Positions 1 to 12,490 of a stretch of 62,267 bases of DNA are shown piece by piece. Under the pieces are notes generated by a model, which saw nothing but the letters and a program-made list of their open reading frames with translations, was not told the origin of the DNA and did no database searches. How positions within the stretch are numbered: the first letter of the stretch is position 1; each line of letters opens with the position of its first letter. The stretch is from Catajapyx aquilonaris (taxonomy: Eukaryota). Position numbers and translations under genes: made by a program. The stretch spans positions 1 through 62,267 of the forward strand of contig KZ538557.1 in assembly GCA_000934665.2 (NCBI GenBank), written 5' to 3'.

Positions 1-53
1 GGGGGGGGTCAAAAACTGCCCGAAAATCGGTCACGTGGTTTATGGACGACCCC
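1..53. mobile_element. 3' end of a PIF/Harbinger-type MITE
   Basis: Ends ...GTGGTTTATGGACGACCCC followed by TAA, consistent with a Harbinger terminus and TWA target site. The other end lies outside the window. Confidence 0.5.
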
Positions 54-1335
54 TAATAGTGCCAGACGAATTTGCTGAAATCGTCGTACTTTACGAGAAA
101 TAAATTATTTCTTATTTGCGGCTTTCCTGTTACTTCAGAAATCTCCCACATTCATTTATTTCTCGCGAAGTGCGACGATTTCAGCAACTTCGACTGGCAA
201 GGTTCTCGACCTTAATATTCTGTATATTTTAATGTATTTCATAATTAAATCAGCCTAACAGTTGGCCAAAAATTCTCGAATCTCGAGTTTCTTTACAGCG
301 ATCTTTTTGGAAATTAATTTAGGAACTTCTAGAGGAAAATGGTTCCTAACACATTCATAGCATTTTCAATGAACATGTAAGTATAGCTGTTATCATTTTG
401 CAAAATATATTGTCCTTATCTTCAGAGTACGTGTAAGGGAAAATCTAGGCGATGGCCTAATGGTTGGCCAGTAGTACTTGAATTTCAAGTTATTACTTTT
501 GAAAATTAATTTAGGGACTTCCAGACAAGTGCAAATGGTTTCCAACACATTCATAGTGTAGAGCATGAATGTGTAAATGAATCTGTTATTATTTGTGAAA
601 TACGAGTATCTTGTCCTTATCTTCAGAGTAAGTGCAAGAGAAAATCTAGGCGATGGAATTTACAGCGATCTTTTTGGAAATTAATTTAGGGACTTCCGGA
701 CAAGGAAAATTGTTTCCAAGATATACGTGATACATTCCATAAATGTGTAAGTATATCTGTTATTATTTGTAAAATATCTTATAATTACCTTCAGAGTAAG
801 TGCAAACCAAAAGAGGCGGTGGCAGTATAGCTATACTCCGCGGTGAACTTTTGGAAATTAATTTATGGACTTCTAGACGAGGAAAGCGGTTCAAAACACA
901 TATACATAGTGTAGAGCATGAACGTGGCAGTATAGCTGTTATTATTGGTAAAATACTTATTTTTTAGAGGGAGGCATGGTGGTCTGTTGGTCTGTTGGTT
1001 ATGCCACTGGCCAGGCAAGCGGGAGGCCGGGGTTCAAATCCCGTCCCCGTCACCTCTGCTTGGATGGATCTTTTTCTGCTTTTCACCCGACGGGCCGTGG
1101 CAGAATTGCACTCTCTACTCTGCCCAGCACCAGGAGAAAAGGCCTGGTGTTTAAAGAATGTCAGAAATGACTACCGCACAGTGCCCTCCCTTGGGAACCT
1201 NCTTCCCCCCGAAGAGGGCCTCGGGCCCTATCACGTTTTTTTTTTTTAAATCTCATTTTTTATCTTCAGAGTACATGTAAGTTTAATAGAAACGAAAATC
1301 TTGGTGATGGTGGTATATCTGTGGGGCCCAAAGGG
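54..1335. mobile_element. piggyBac-like non-autonomous element (right part) with ~185-bp internal tandem subunits
   Basis: Ends ...CCAAAGGG|TTAA. About four diverged repeats (near 294, 490, 661, 845) of TACAGCGATCTTTTTGGAAATTAATTTAGG...CTTCAGAGTA...AATCTAGGCGATGG. Same family as 53773-54373 and 56622-58905. Confidence 0.7.
968..1247 (+). mobile_element. tRNA-derived SINE
   Basis: A-box-like GGTGGTCTGTTGG, B-box GGTTCAAATCCC, 3' hairpin tail GAAGAGGGCCTCGGGCCCTATCACG, then poly-T. Confidence 0.6.
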
Positions 1336-1886
1336 TTAAATTATGTCCTGTTCTAAATGACTCTGTGGAGACTTCCAAATAGTGGGTTCTCAAAAGCACC
1401 ATCCAATGTCAGGTTGAGGGGGCTGCACAGTAATGCAAAACATGAAAATCTTGGCCAAAACCTAGATGTTTGTTGGGTTTTTTTTGCAATTTTGCATGGA
1501 GGGGTTTCATAAGATGCTGATGTCAAATCCATTGTCAAAACATACTTAACACAACATGGCACATCTAACCTGGCATGTATATGTATATGTCACTTACATG
1601 TATATGTACTATCGGACGCAAAAAGAATGTCCAGGGAGAGTCTTCGTTCAGCCTGGTGGAGGCAAACCATTGCACAGATGTGTACACACACACTTGTGTG
1701 TACGTCCGTGCTTATCTGCTGAGCTTTTTCCCTCCTCCCTTAGCTACCCAGGTGCAATGGTTTGCCTCCACCAGGCTGAACGAAGACTCTCCCCGGACAT
1801 TCTTTTTGCGTGCCTATGTACATAAGTACAGTCTCGTTCATGTAGAGACCGGTACAACTCTATGGAAGAAATGTTGATCCTGATTA

Positions 1887-2342
1887 CACAGGCCAACAAC
1901 TTTTGTGTTGCATTGATGCCAACACTTGTTCTTACCTAATTCGAGGGCGCTGAATCCATATCTGATTTAGTTTTTCTCTGTAAGCTCTAGATTTTCTACA
2001 ATTAAAATTGTTAGTTTTCGCGACATTTTGATGCCTGTCGCATGATGACATGATCTCTCAGAGGAATTTATGGTCATACAGTCTTAAAGTTAGGCTTAAA
2101 CAACCGTCTTGGTAAAGATATATTCATTTTTGATTCACAAAAAGTCGGATGTGCATCACATCTCAAGCTAACCCTAATGTAAATAGCAAGGGGTGTCCTT
2201 TATTGCGAAAATCACAAGTTTCAAATTGCACGAAAACTAGAGCTTGGAGAGGAAAACCCATTTCAGATTGGAAATCAGGGTTGAATAAAAACCTAGAATC
2301 AGGTGAAAAATCTCATCCTACAGAAATTTTGGTTTGCTAGTG
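1887..2342. mobile_element. Chapaev3-like MITE (copy 1)
   Basis: TTA|CACAGGCCAACAA start; body closely similar to 34884-35377. Confidence 0.6.
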
Positions 2343-2732
2343 GATAATTATCCAGCATTATTCCCACCCTTATTTGGCGAAACCCTACGGTGGATATTCA
2401 ACTGGCGGACTGCGGCGCAATTTTGTCCGGACCGCGATGATATACAATAATTACAGTCATATCAGAAATGGAAAAATGTTTCAACATTCCTGCCTAGGAT
2501 AGGCCCTTGACCCTTATGTACATGTTTTCACTTCCAAGAAATGACCCCTACTTGAATGGACCCACGTCAAGAAAGGGGTAGACTACCATATGGGATCAAT
2601 TTACCGGCCCACTACTGGGAAAGGACGGAAACTATCAGCCGCATTTCCTTTTATCTCAATCTTGGTTCTACAATTACATTGGGACTTGTCAGAGGTCTTG
2701 ATGCTGATAGTCGCTTTTCCAAGTGATAAGTA

Positions 2733-3479
2733 GGGGAGAGGGCTGTACCATGGAACACTTTTTCAACATTTATTTTTATTTAGTAAAGTTGTTCATGTTT
2801 TCAACATGTGAAACTGTCCATGTATAAAGCATATTGTTGCCCACACAATGGAACTTACTCATTTTGTATGTCACTAATAACTTTACTAAAAATAATTAAT
2901 ATGTGATAGTGTTGCAAATGTTCCATGGTACAACATGCTGATGTACCTTGGAACAATCTGATGTATCCTTGGAACAATTTATTTTCCAGCATGATATTAG
3001 GCTCAACAATGCAAATATTTTATTTCGCGTTGTAGTTTTCATTCTTTTCAAAGCCAATTTTGAACACTATTCTTGATGACAGCCTGACACAACACCCTAG
3101 CTGATGTGTTCCAAGGTACATGCAGGGCTACTTTTAGAAATGAACTTGCCTCTCTTTCGTGCATTACATGATTGGTAGGTAATAATGATTCAGCACTGTA
3201 GACTATTGGTGTACACTTCAGAGCAGAACTTCATCTACTACAAATCTGTTATATGACAGGAGCAATAATCGACAAAAGGCCTGCCAAAAAATTTACTTTT
3301 GAGTATGAAAAAACATCTCCGCCACTCACTACCTCCAAAATGGCTACCTGCTAGGGTCTGCTTCTAACTAGGGGGCATATGCATCCTTTGATTCAGAAAG
3401 TGGCCAGTACATGTCAACACGAGCTGTGGTACATTGAGTGTTCCAAGGTACATTGTACTCAAGGTACAGCCCTCTCCCC
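2733..3479. mobile_element. pogo/Tc1-mariner superfamily MITE
   Basis: TIR GGGGAGAGGGCTGTACC / GGTACAGCCCTCTCCCC with TA on both sides; internal CCATGGAACA/TGTTCCAAGG subrepeats. Confidence 0.75.
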
Positions 3480-3643
3480 TACCATACTACCACCAAACAC
3501 AAAACTACTGATGACAACAATATTGCATCCAAAGGAAAACTTGTCAAACCTGACGAAACTAATTCGTCAAGCTGCTTCACTTCTCCTTTCTCAGTTGTGA
3601 GATCATGCGTCCCTATGGCATCATGGTATTGGACTCTTTCTAT

Positions 3644-4728
3644 CTACTTCTTTAACATGTCTGCTATATTCGGATATCCATTTCCATATGCTAACTGAGC
3701 CGCTGTCTTCCCCTTGCGTGTGGTGCGCTCCACAAAAGCCCCTCTCTCCAGAAGCATCTTCACCACACTCCTGTGGCCATGGTAAGCAGCCAGATGAAGA
3801 GGGTTCTCTTGAGATTCATTTATGGCATCCAGGTATGCATCCCTCTCCAGCAGCAGTTTAACCAACTTCAAGTTGCCACCCTTGGCTGCCAAATGTATGG
3901 CCTGGAACCCCTCGTAACATCTGGCACTCACATCTGCACCATTGTCAAGCAAAAATATTGCGACTTTCGCATGGCCGAATTTTACGGCATAGTGTAGAGG
4001 TGTCATCTCATCAAATCCTTCATCATCAATGGCGGCTCCGTTTCTTGCAAGGATGGTCACCACCTTCACGTGTCCTTCCGAAGCAGCCCAATGAATAGAT
4101 TGGTCTCCGCTCTTATCATAAGCTGTCACATCGGCCCCTCTATCAATGAGGAAATTGCATATTTCCACTTGCCCTTTCTCAGCAGACCTTTAATGAAAGA
4201 AAATATTAGTCAGCACGAGACAATGTTGAACTACAGGCACTTACCTGTGAAGAGGTGTTGCCCCTGTAATCTTGTTCCTCACGTTGATGTTGCAACCATT
4301 CATCAAAAGGTGCCGGACCACATTGATGTGTCCATTGGTCACAGCATTGTGAATGCAGGTTTCACCATCATAGTCAACTGCAGCCAAAACAGCCTTTATC
4401 CCATGCTTGGCCTCATATTCTTTCAGGACGTCGAGACAACCTTCTGAAGCAGCCTTTATCATGCCCTGAGAGATATCAAGAGTGGCATGTTAAATCACAA
4501 TATATGTCACAGATTACACATTGGCTAAACCTAACCTAAACAAGCCAATTATAATTTCAGACTCCCTCTGTTTTCTGATGTGCAATAATCAGTACTTTCT
4601 GGTAGCCTACTCACCTTAGTTGCTTTCTTACTAGGTTGTACCATAGAGGGGAGCTCTGCAACGGACAGATGGGAACTCTGGCTGCTTTCTTCAGATTCTT
4701 CAGACATGCTTGAGTTGTGCTTGCCTGT
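3644..4728 (-). CDS. Ankyrin-repeat protein, C-terminal part (exons 4728-4615, 4465-4245, 4187-3644; probable upstream exon from ~5270)
   Basis: About 7 ankyrin repeats (TPLHRSAEKGQVEICNFLIDRGADV, TPLHYAVKFGH, NPLHLAAYHGH). The 57-bp GT-AG intron 4244-4188 joins two ORFs in frame. Stop at 3644. Confidence 0.85.
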
Positions 4729-4887
4729 CTGTTGGCAGGAGAGGGCATGGAGTAGTTGTGTTTGGTGAGTAATTTGAGATCTCTCTACACTTACAGTTGG
4801 TAAACTTTGAAAAATCTTATCCATTTTTTGTGTGAAAACACGTGCACAATTGAAAATTTGATACAAAGGGCAACAAATCCAATAATT

Positions 4888-5134
4888 GAGGGGGTGAAAA
4901 TCAAAAACCGACAGCTCCGTCATGAACGTAACGGAGAAAAACCAGAAAAACCTACAGATTCTCGGTATATGTCAATGTAAATACCTGAATGTAGAGGCTA
5001 TTCCCATGTACATATGTAGGGTTTTTGATACCATATTCAGGTATTATGTAGTCCATGGCATGAGGAATGCATTTCCAGCGCTAACTCATTTTTTAAATTT
5101 TCTGAAGCTGTCGGTTTTTGATTTTCACCCCCTC
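4888..5134. mobile_element. Sola-like MITE
   Basis: 29-bp TIR GAGGGGGTGAAAATCAAAAACCGACAGCT; 4-bp TSD AATT at 4884-4887 and 5135-5138; GAG termini. Confidence 0.7.
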
Positions 5135-5715
5135 AATTGAAAATGTAGGGAAGGTCAACCTCAAGAAAGTCAGTTTTATAATAACTTATTTCTTCTTCTT
5201 TAGGCACGAAGACAACACTGTGTTCGCTTTCTTGATCTTTCTCAATCAATTTTGGCTTACGTTTGGTTCCCTGTTGGAAGTAATACTTTGGTCCTCAAGG
5301 TGCCAGCACAATTAAAATTACAAAAAATATAGTAACTGAATGTATATTTAGCAAGCAGTTCAGGCTGCATCACCCCAAAGAAACTAGCACATTGCAATGC
5401 AAAAGCCTATTCGACAACTGCATAATCTCACCTTCATATGACCTCTTAGCTCATTATTACATCATATTCACTTTACTTCAATAATACACTATAGTTTCAA
5501 TACTGCCAGTCATGTCCATTAACATCAATCTGTTTGCATCAGTTATCAGAGAAAAATATAATGAACAGGGCAAGGAATTCAGGCTTGGTTCCACTAAAAG
5601 GGCATGGCATTGTGAAGATGTAAAGCCATATTTCCTAATAATGATGACATATTTAATCGCGTATTTAATTCACATACCAGATTGATGCGAAAGGAGACAG
5701 ACTCTCTCCTCTTAC

Positions 5716-6257
5716 AGCCAGGTGTTGTGTTCTTGCGAACTGGGACATTACTTGCCTCTCCGCTCATACTCATTTGAATCATCACTCCCTTGTGATCATT
5801 CCTTTTTGCCAAGTCCAGCGGGGTACATCCGTCAATGTCCTTGGCTCCTGGGTCTGCCCCATACGAAATCAGAAGCCTCACTGCCTTTTCATGCCCAAGT
5901 CTGGCTGCATGGTGAAGCGGAGTACGGCCAAACAAGGACCTGGACAGGTTGACGTCCAGGTCTGCAAAATTCTCCTTGAGAATCTCCAGTACCCGATCAT
6001 GTCCCCCCATGGCTGCCCTGTGGACGCAGCTCTCCTTGAACACATCCAGGATATCCAGCACTTGTCGACCTCTGCTTTTGATCAACTCCTTCACCTTCCT
6101 TATGCGACCATACTCGAATGCAAATAGGATGTCCTCACAAGTCTGGGAAATTACATATATGTCATCTGATACCATTGTAATGATTAGCACAACACTACTT
6201 AAATCTACTGATAGTAAGAGCATCTTCCATCACCTCTTCAGGTCTTCCTGATGCCAT
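5716..6257 (-). CDS. Ankyrin-repeat protein (exons 6257-6234, 6142-5716); a separate gene or the N-terminal part of the 3644-4728 gene
   Basis: ESCVHRAAMGGH, RTPLHHAARLGHEKAVRLLISYGADP, CTPLDLA repeats. Phase-consistent splice MASGRPEE|TCEDIL; donor GTAAG at 5715. Confidence 0.7.
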
Positions 6258-6676
6258 CTTGTAAGAGCCTCTCTGTCCGCTAAGGTCTTCCTCAGATCCT
6301 CCACTTCCTTATGGATGCCTGTGGGGCACCAGGAAGATACTCGTCGCTTCACTCACAATCGGACACTGAGCTAGACACAGTAATTACCGTTTCGTCTATA
6401 CTTCTAGGAGGGATGTGACAGGGGGCTGTGTTGATGTGACTTTTGTCTGATAACCTTGAGACGGCCATTTTGTTTCCATTTCTTGGGGAGCCATCTTGAA
6501 GATAGAGAGAGATAGAGGCTGAAAAAGACTTTGAACCATGGCCACGGGAGGATCAGGATACTACCCTGGACACGACTTGAGGCAGCTAGCAGCTGGACAG
6601 GGTGGTCAGTAGCCTACACGATTTTTGAAATTCTGCCATTACAATCAACTATTGTGAATAGACATGTACAGTCGGT

Positions 6677-7658
6677 TAAAGGATTTCCTTTCCACATGAG
6701 GCGGGATTATTAGCCTCCAACAGAGGTGCTGCCTCCCCCTCATGCAGGGCCGGATTTACCCCCCCCCCCCCGGCCGCCCTTAGGCACTTGAGATACGCCC
6801 CCCCCCCNNNNNNNNNNNNNNNNNNNNNNNNNNNNNNNNNNNNNNNNNNNNNNNNNNNNNNNNNNNNNNNNNNNNNNNNNNNNNNNNNNNNNNNNNNNNN
6901 NNNNNNNNNNNNNNNNNNNNNNNNNNNNCCCCCCCCCCCCTCCCCCCAAACCGAATAAGCCCGCCGCAGGCGAAAACCTTTTTTTTTGTTCAAGGTCACA
7001 GTCTTAGGTGAATGTAATAACTGACAAAGTACAGTGGAATCTTCCTGTACTGTAAGCACATCGGATATAAGCAAGTAGAAAGATCGGTCCCTTCATATTT
7101 CCAGCAGTGCCAATGTCCAAGCACAGTTGAATCCGGATATAACAGACCTGTCTGCTATTTATATCTGACTGTACAAATCCTTATTCAGAATTGCACATTT
7201 GGCAAAGAACTGCACAGATTGTGTAGAACTGTACGCTACAGTAAGCCCTGAGAAGTAGTTGGATCTTACCTAATCAGTGCGACTTTTTTTAAATTTCGAG
7301 TCACATAATTTTTGGATCAGTTCGCCCCCCTACTGGGGGGGGGGGGCGCCCCACAGTTTGAGAACCGCTGATTTAATGTTATTTTATTTTTAAAAGATTA
7401 TATTGAAAGTTATGGCCGCCCTTTGGCAATTACCTTTTCTGCATGTAGTGGTAAATCAAGCTGTCAACAATTTGCATTTCTTTGTGATCTCGCCATCATT
7501 TCTTATTATTGTATTTGAGAAATATTATTTATTGCAACTCGCGGCCGCCCCTAGGCCAGTGCCTATTGTGCCTAATGGGAAATCCGCCGCTGCCCTCATG
7601 CAATAATCACTCGCACTCCCCTAGCTAATCCCGCCTCATGTGGAAAGGAAATCCTTTA
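6677..7658. mobile_element. MITE with 33-bp TIRs, interrupted by a hAT element
   Basis: TAAAGGATTTCCTTTCCACATGAGGCGGGATTA near 6677 and its reverse complement at ~7626-7658. Confidence 0.7.
6745..7592. mobile_element. hAT non-autonomous element (contains an assembly gap)
   Basis: CAGGGCCGGATTT...AAATCCGCCGCTG termini; 8-bp TSD CCCTCATG at 6737-6744 and 7593-7600. Confidence 0.8.
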
Positions 7659-7878
7659 GCCCACTGTACAGTGTACACTAAGCAACTCATTACTACCAGA
7701 CAATCCGCCTCCGTTGCATCTGGGAATGGACGCTGCAAATCTAGCTGTGTTCATCTACTGGGTATTTTGATCAGAATGATGCTTACATCCTATATGGTTA
7801 AAGAGCTGACAACTCTTTAACCACATAGGATATGTAAGCATCATTTTGATCAGGGTATTTTGATCAGCATGATGCTTA

Positions 7879-8871
7879 TCTCTATATCTATAAATAAGGA
7901 AGTTTGTCAGTTTGTTTGTCCCTAATAGAAATCCAGGGGAAGGCCCCTACACCGCCTTAAATTAGCATATCGGGGGTTACATTTTCCAAGGAATCTAACG
8001 CCGCATGTTTCAACTTCCGAAAATGAACCTAACTCTCACAACACGCATATTCCCGAATCTTCTCACTTCACGGGTCTCAACAATTAACTTACATAAACAT
8101 CAAATAACAATATATCAATTCACATTCCCATGGAAATGCCCTTATGCAACAATACCTATAGGAAATTAAAGCATTGCCGTAAATTCAACGCATCCACCAA
8201 TTGCGCTAATTGGCCACCTCACGTGAGTTCGTATCATATGGTCATTCTGGGATTTTGTGGGATTTGCAACTAGACTTCCAGACAAAAATAAGTACAATAA
8301 AATATCAGTAAAACTCCCATAAGTCGAACTTCCCTAAGTCGAAGTTCTCTATAAGCCGAAGAAAATGATGAGCTTGGTTGGTCACAATGCAAAATAATAG
8401 GAAATAAACTTCCCTAACTCGAATTGCTATAACTCGAAGTTCTCCATACCCACCATGCATCTGTACTGAGATCTGTACGTACATTTCTAAATTTCTTCAG
8501 AGCAAACATATGGAACGAGGTGGGGGTGAGAAGTGGAGTTGGAGGGTCAAGGGGTCAAAAATGCAGGGGGGAAAACACATGGCTGTCCAGTCTTTTCCTG
8601 GTCCAACTCCATCTGCATTCCTCTTTTTACACATCCAATCAGAATATCTGTGTCGACTACATACGCTATGAGACAAGTAGGTAATCTATCACAGAGAGTG
8701 ACAAACTTTGGCTTATTGCAACTTATAAGGCCTATTTTAAGACATATCGAGTTTCGAGTGTATGGAAGGGAAATTTTTACAAACAAACACACTTCCTAAA
8801 ATACTGTATATTATGTACCCCTATTTTACCAGCACCCCAACATACCCGGGCAACGCCGGGTAACCTGCTAG
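7879..8871 (+). mobile_element. Non-autonomous Helitron
   Basis: 5' TC(TCTATATCTATAAAT) start; 3' hairpin CCCGGGCAACGCCGGG followed by CTAG; inserted between A and T with no TSD. Confidence 0.8.
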
Positions 8872-9221
8872 TATCCTATATGGTTAAAGAGTTGACAACT
8901 CTTTAACCATATAGGATATGTAAGTATCACGCTGATCGAAATACCCAGTAGATGAACACTGCTACATGATAGCACAGTGTGCTCTGAATGTGCTATCATG
9001 TAGCTGTGTTGATTTGTGGGAGACATCTCTTAAAACTTCATAACCATTTACTTTTGAAAGCGGTAACATAATATCACACATCTCTATACAGGTGAAGAAA
9101 TCTTCACACACGTCCAGAGTATCCAGAGCCAGTCTGAGGAAATATCTGGACACTCCTCACTTTGGGAAGCCATCCTTTTTCGGGAACCAGAAGTCAGAGA
9201 TAGTGTAAATAACCCTGAGGT

Positions 9222-9636
9222 ATGATAAAGGTGCCATTGCAATGGGATCCCAAAGATATGATTAATGCAGTGGAGGCAGTAAGAGTGAAAACGATCACTT
9301 TCAGAAAGGCTGCTGCAGACTTTCAAGTACCAAGATCTACATTAAGGGATCGTGTTAATTCGTCTCTGCCTCCTGAAGAAACTGTGATTAGAAAACATGG
9401 GACACCACCAGAGATTACAAAAAGTGAACTTAAACAGTTGCTTGTCTAGTACTGTTTACAGATGGAGTGTACGTAATTTATTGGAGGAGCACAAGATAAT
9501 CCACACTGGCAAGAATCAGTATTCATGTGAAGTATGCAAAATTTACTTATTCCCACAGCAGAAAGAGAGTTACACTTTTTCACCCACTGTGGCAAATATT
9601 TTGGGTACAAATCTCACTTGGTTGAACATGTCTAAC
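9222..9636 (+). pseudogene. Degenerate HTH-psq (pipsqueak/pogo-type) domain followed by C2H2 zinc-finger fragments
   Basis: WDPKDMINAVEAVR...FRKAAADFQVPRSTLRDRV is a psq HTH; stop at 9449; then HKIIHTGKNQYSCEVCK and CGKYFGYKSHLVEHV* in shifted frames. Confidence 0.65.
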
Positions 9637-10921
9637 CATGTTGCTGTGTCAGCCAAGATCCAAAGTTACAATAATAAAAAGCCTGAGAGTGAAAGATATT
9701 CTGAGTAACATTTTTCTATTCTTCCTCCTTGCCTCTTGCCCCGCTTCACGGGGCAAGAGGCAAGGCCCTGCATGCAGGGCCTGTGAAAAACAGAAGAGTA
9801 AGTTATTGCTACGCTCCCCATGTGAATTTGTCCACTCCATATCTCGCGAACAGCTCATCCTATTTCACTCCGGTCACAAGTTTTCGACACAGCTCTCTCC
9901 AGTAATCCACTTTAGATAGATAAACTGCTACTCGGGCCATTCCCGGGGTCGCGGGCTGGGGTAAAAGGTCAATAAAGTTGAGTTACTTCGACAAGGGTAC
10001 AGCAAAAACTGTGCGTCGTGGAGGGTCGTGCCATGTGTCATTAGAACTGGTGTGCCCTCTGGCAGTTCCGTTCTGGACAAATTTTTTTCCTTAAACTTAT
10101 ACTTTCTGAGTTATTGTGTCATTACCCTGTTTCGATGGTGTTGGTTCGTTTGTCCCCTTCTCTCTCCATCTCTCAAGTCTCGCTGCTATCAGCCATTGAA
10201 AACCTTCCCCCATTTGACCTGAGGGATGCTAGCACCGCGTTGCTCCACCAGTTTGTCAATTCCTGCAGGGGTACCAACTGAAAGGTTGTACCCAATTTTG
10301 ACACTGATTGACTTGACATGTCAAGGCCATGATATCGAAATTCCCTTCCATTAGTAGGTTGACATATTATTCTGCATCATTGACCTCCCATTGTTTGACC
10401 TTTGACCTGCAGACACAGAGTTCCATGCTTGAATTGATCCGCTGACCTCTCAGCCCGCCCACGACAGATTTTCTCTAAAATGGCCAGACGTGACCTTCTG
10501 GCCCCTGCGGAGAGGCTGTGCAAATTCCACGAGGGTTCAAGAAATAGTTGGCGACCCAGGTCAGGTCAGGTCCAACCCCACCCATTTTGCCCTATGCTGT
10601 ATAGCATTAGTTAATTATGTTTAGTTGACTCATTTTACCTCAAATGAGAGAAATCAATGATGCAAACAATCAAGTGTAATTTGGCACACACGTATACAAA
10701 TACAGGTTTTCATGATTCCGTTAGACAGTTTCAAAATTTATTATTTATAAACTACGCAACAAATTGTGTGTGTGTGTGGGGGGGACTCCACCTGCATTCG
10801 ACTGATCACAACAGAGTTCGTTAGTTCATTTCATAATTATTGACACAACCGTTTTCCAGTGTAAAATGTGTAAGGTTTACAACTTCATAGAATTTCATTT
10901 AGATTGCAAGTTACATTGAAC

Positions 10922-12490
10922 TTAAGGAGAATGTACATCAATAACTACATCATAATGGTTTCCTAAAGTATGGTCCATGTAGAGTCCTCTGCACATTGAT
11001 GCCTTTCTCAGCCAATTGGGCTGATACGTCATCCAGTGTATTTCCTTATCCCTCCCAACTGCCTGGCTACGTGAATATGTATAAATATTGACACCAAGTA
11101 GAGCAGACACTGCGTAAAATTCAAGTTGAGAACACCACACTGTGCCATCTTTTGCTAATTCAGTTACATAAGAATCGAAAGTGTTCGGTACTTCCCAGTA
11201 ATAACATTTCATCCGTTCCTTATTTTTTTCTAAATAACACAGTGCAACGAAAAGAAAATCTGCGTGTTACTCGGAAGTCACTATGTAGATCATGTTAGTA
11301 GGACCCAAAGTAGCTGGGAAACGCCCGGGGTTTCTCTCCCAAAATGTGCAGGGGGTCCGGGTGACCAAAAATCCGAAAAATTCAAAATATTGACGTTTTT
11401 TGGCCTATTTCAAGGTCTGGCAACCACTGTAACTTCAGGATTTTGTTTTTGCTGGCATTAGGTGATACATGGGGCTAGTCTGAAGCCACTATGGTGCTTA
11501 AAGTCAATCTTTTATAGAACCTGTAGGTTTGCCAGGGTCCTTTTTATGGAAATTTCGTTTTTTGGTACATTTTCGTCTATTTTTGCGGAACAGTGTAAGG
11601 GCTTTCAAAAAAGTGTAGCGTAATGGGCTCTTTAGAGACCCTACAATCAAGGAATAATAAGTAGAACTTTCCTATGCAACCCTAATAAGCGTGTGCAAAA
11701 GCCTAATGTTGGGTAAAATCGCGTTTTTTCGCATTTTTGGTGATTTGACTTTTTTCAACATTTAAAACCAAATATTCCTCGGCTTTAAAATGAATGAATT
11801 CTTCTTAGGCTAACAAACTGTCAGGGACCCCCATAGTATGGAAAAAGACTACGATTTCCATAAGCAACCCATGTACTGTACGCGTACGCGTACAAAAAAA
11901 ATACACGCGTTTCTATAAAATATTGACTTTAAACACCATAGTGGCTTCAGACTAGCCCCATGTATCACCTAATGACAGCAAAAACAAAATCCGAAACTTA
12001 TAGTGGTTGCCAGACCTTGAAATAGGCCAAAAAACGTCAATATTTTGAATTTTTCGGATTTTTGGTCACCCGGACCCCCTGCACATTTTGGGAGAGAAAC
12101 CCCGGGCGTTTCCCAGCTACTTTGGGTCCTACTAACAGGATCTACATAGTGACTTCCGAGTAACACACAGATTATTTTTTTTGTTGCGCTGTGTAATCTA
12201 AGATCCGCAGCCTAACCTGGTGATAGTACCGTATATGTCAGATCCACATATGAAGAAGCTTAAGCATCTGAACCCGCAATTGCCATCGCCTCTCACTTTC
12301 ATTAATTTACTAGGTATGCCCAACAGCTTATTTTGCGGATTAGCATAACTCACAGATATGAATGGTATTAGAAAGATGTTACACGCCTTCTTCTGCCAAG
12401 ACATTTGTACAGGATTAAAGTAAAATTGTTCCTTGCTGCTGCCCGATACTTCTATCCTGTCACTGCCATCACCTTCAGGATTAGCAACCT
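10922..12490 (-). pseudogene. OTU-family cysteine protease (deubiquitinase) exon, split by a MITE and frameshifted
   Basis: Cys motif KVRGDGNCGFRCLS in ORF 12198-12404; WCSQLEFYAVSALLGVNIY and His motif GNHYDVV in ORF 10922-11212. Confidence 0.8.
11238..12193. mobile_element. Chapaev3-like palindromic MITE
   Basis: CACAGTG...CGCTGTG termini, 3-bp TSD TAA, ~280-bp inverted arms. These arms explain the twin ORFs 11264-11461 and 11969-12166. Confidence 0.75.

Noticed and set aside
290..960. Regularly spaced repeats as a CRISPR array
   Set aside because: Units are ~185-bp diverged tandem subunits with no unique spacers, inside a TTAA-flanked element; no cas genes; eukaryotic context.
6808..6928. 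N-runs flanked by poly-C/G (also 47285-47360)
   Set aside because: Assembly gaps at homopolymers inside hAT elements; ORFs crossing them are meaningless.
11264..12166. Pair of near-identical 65-aa ORFs (also 29992/48702 and 13537/13835)
   Set aside because: Artefacts of MITE inverted arms and repeat copies.
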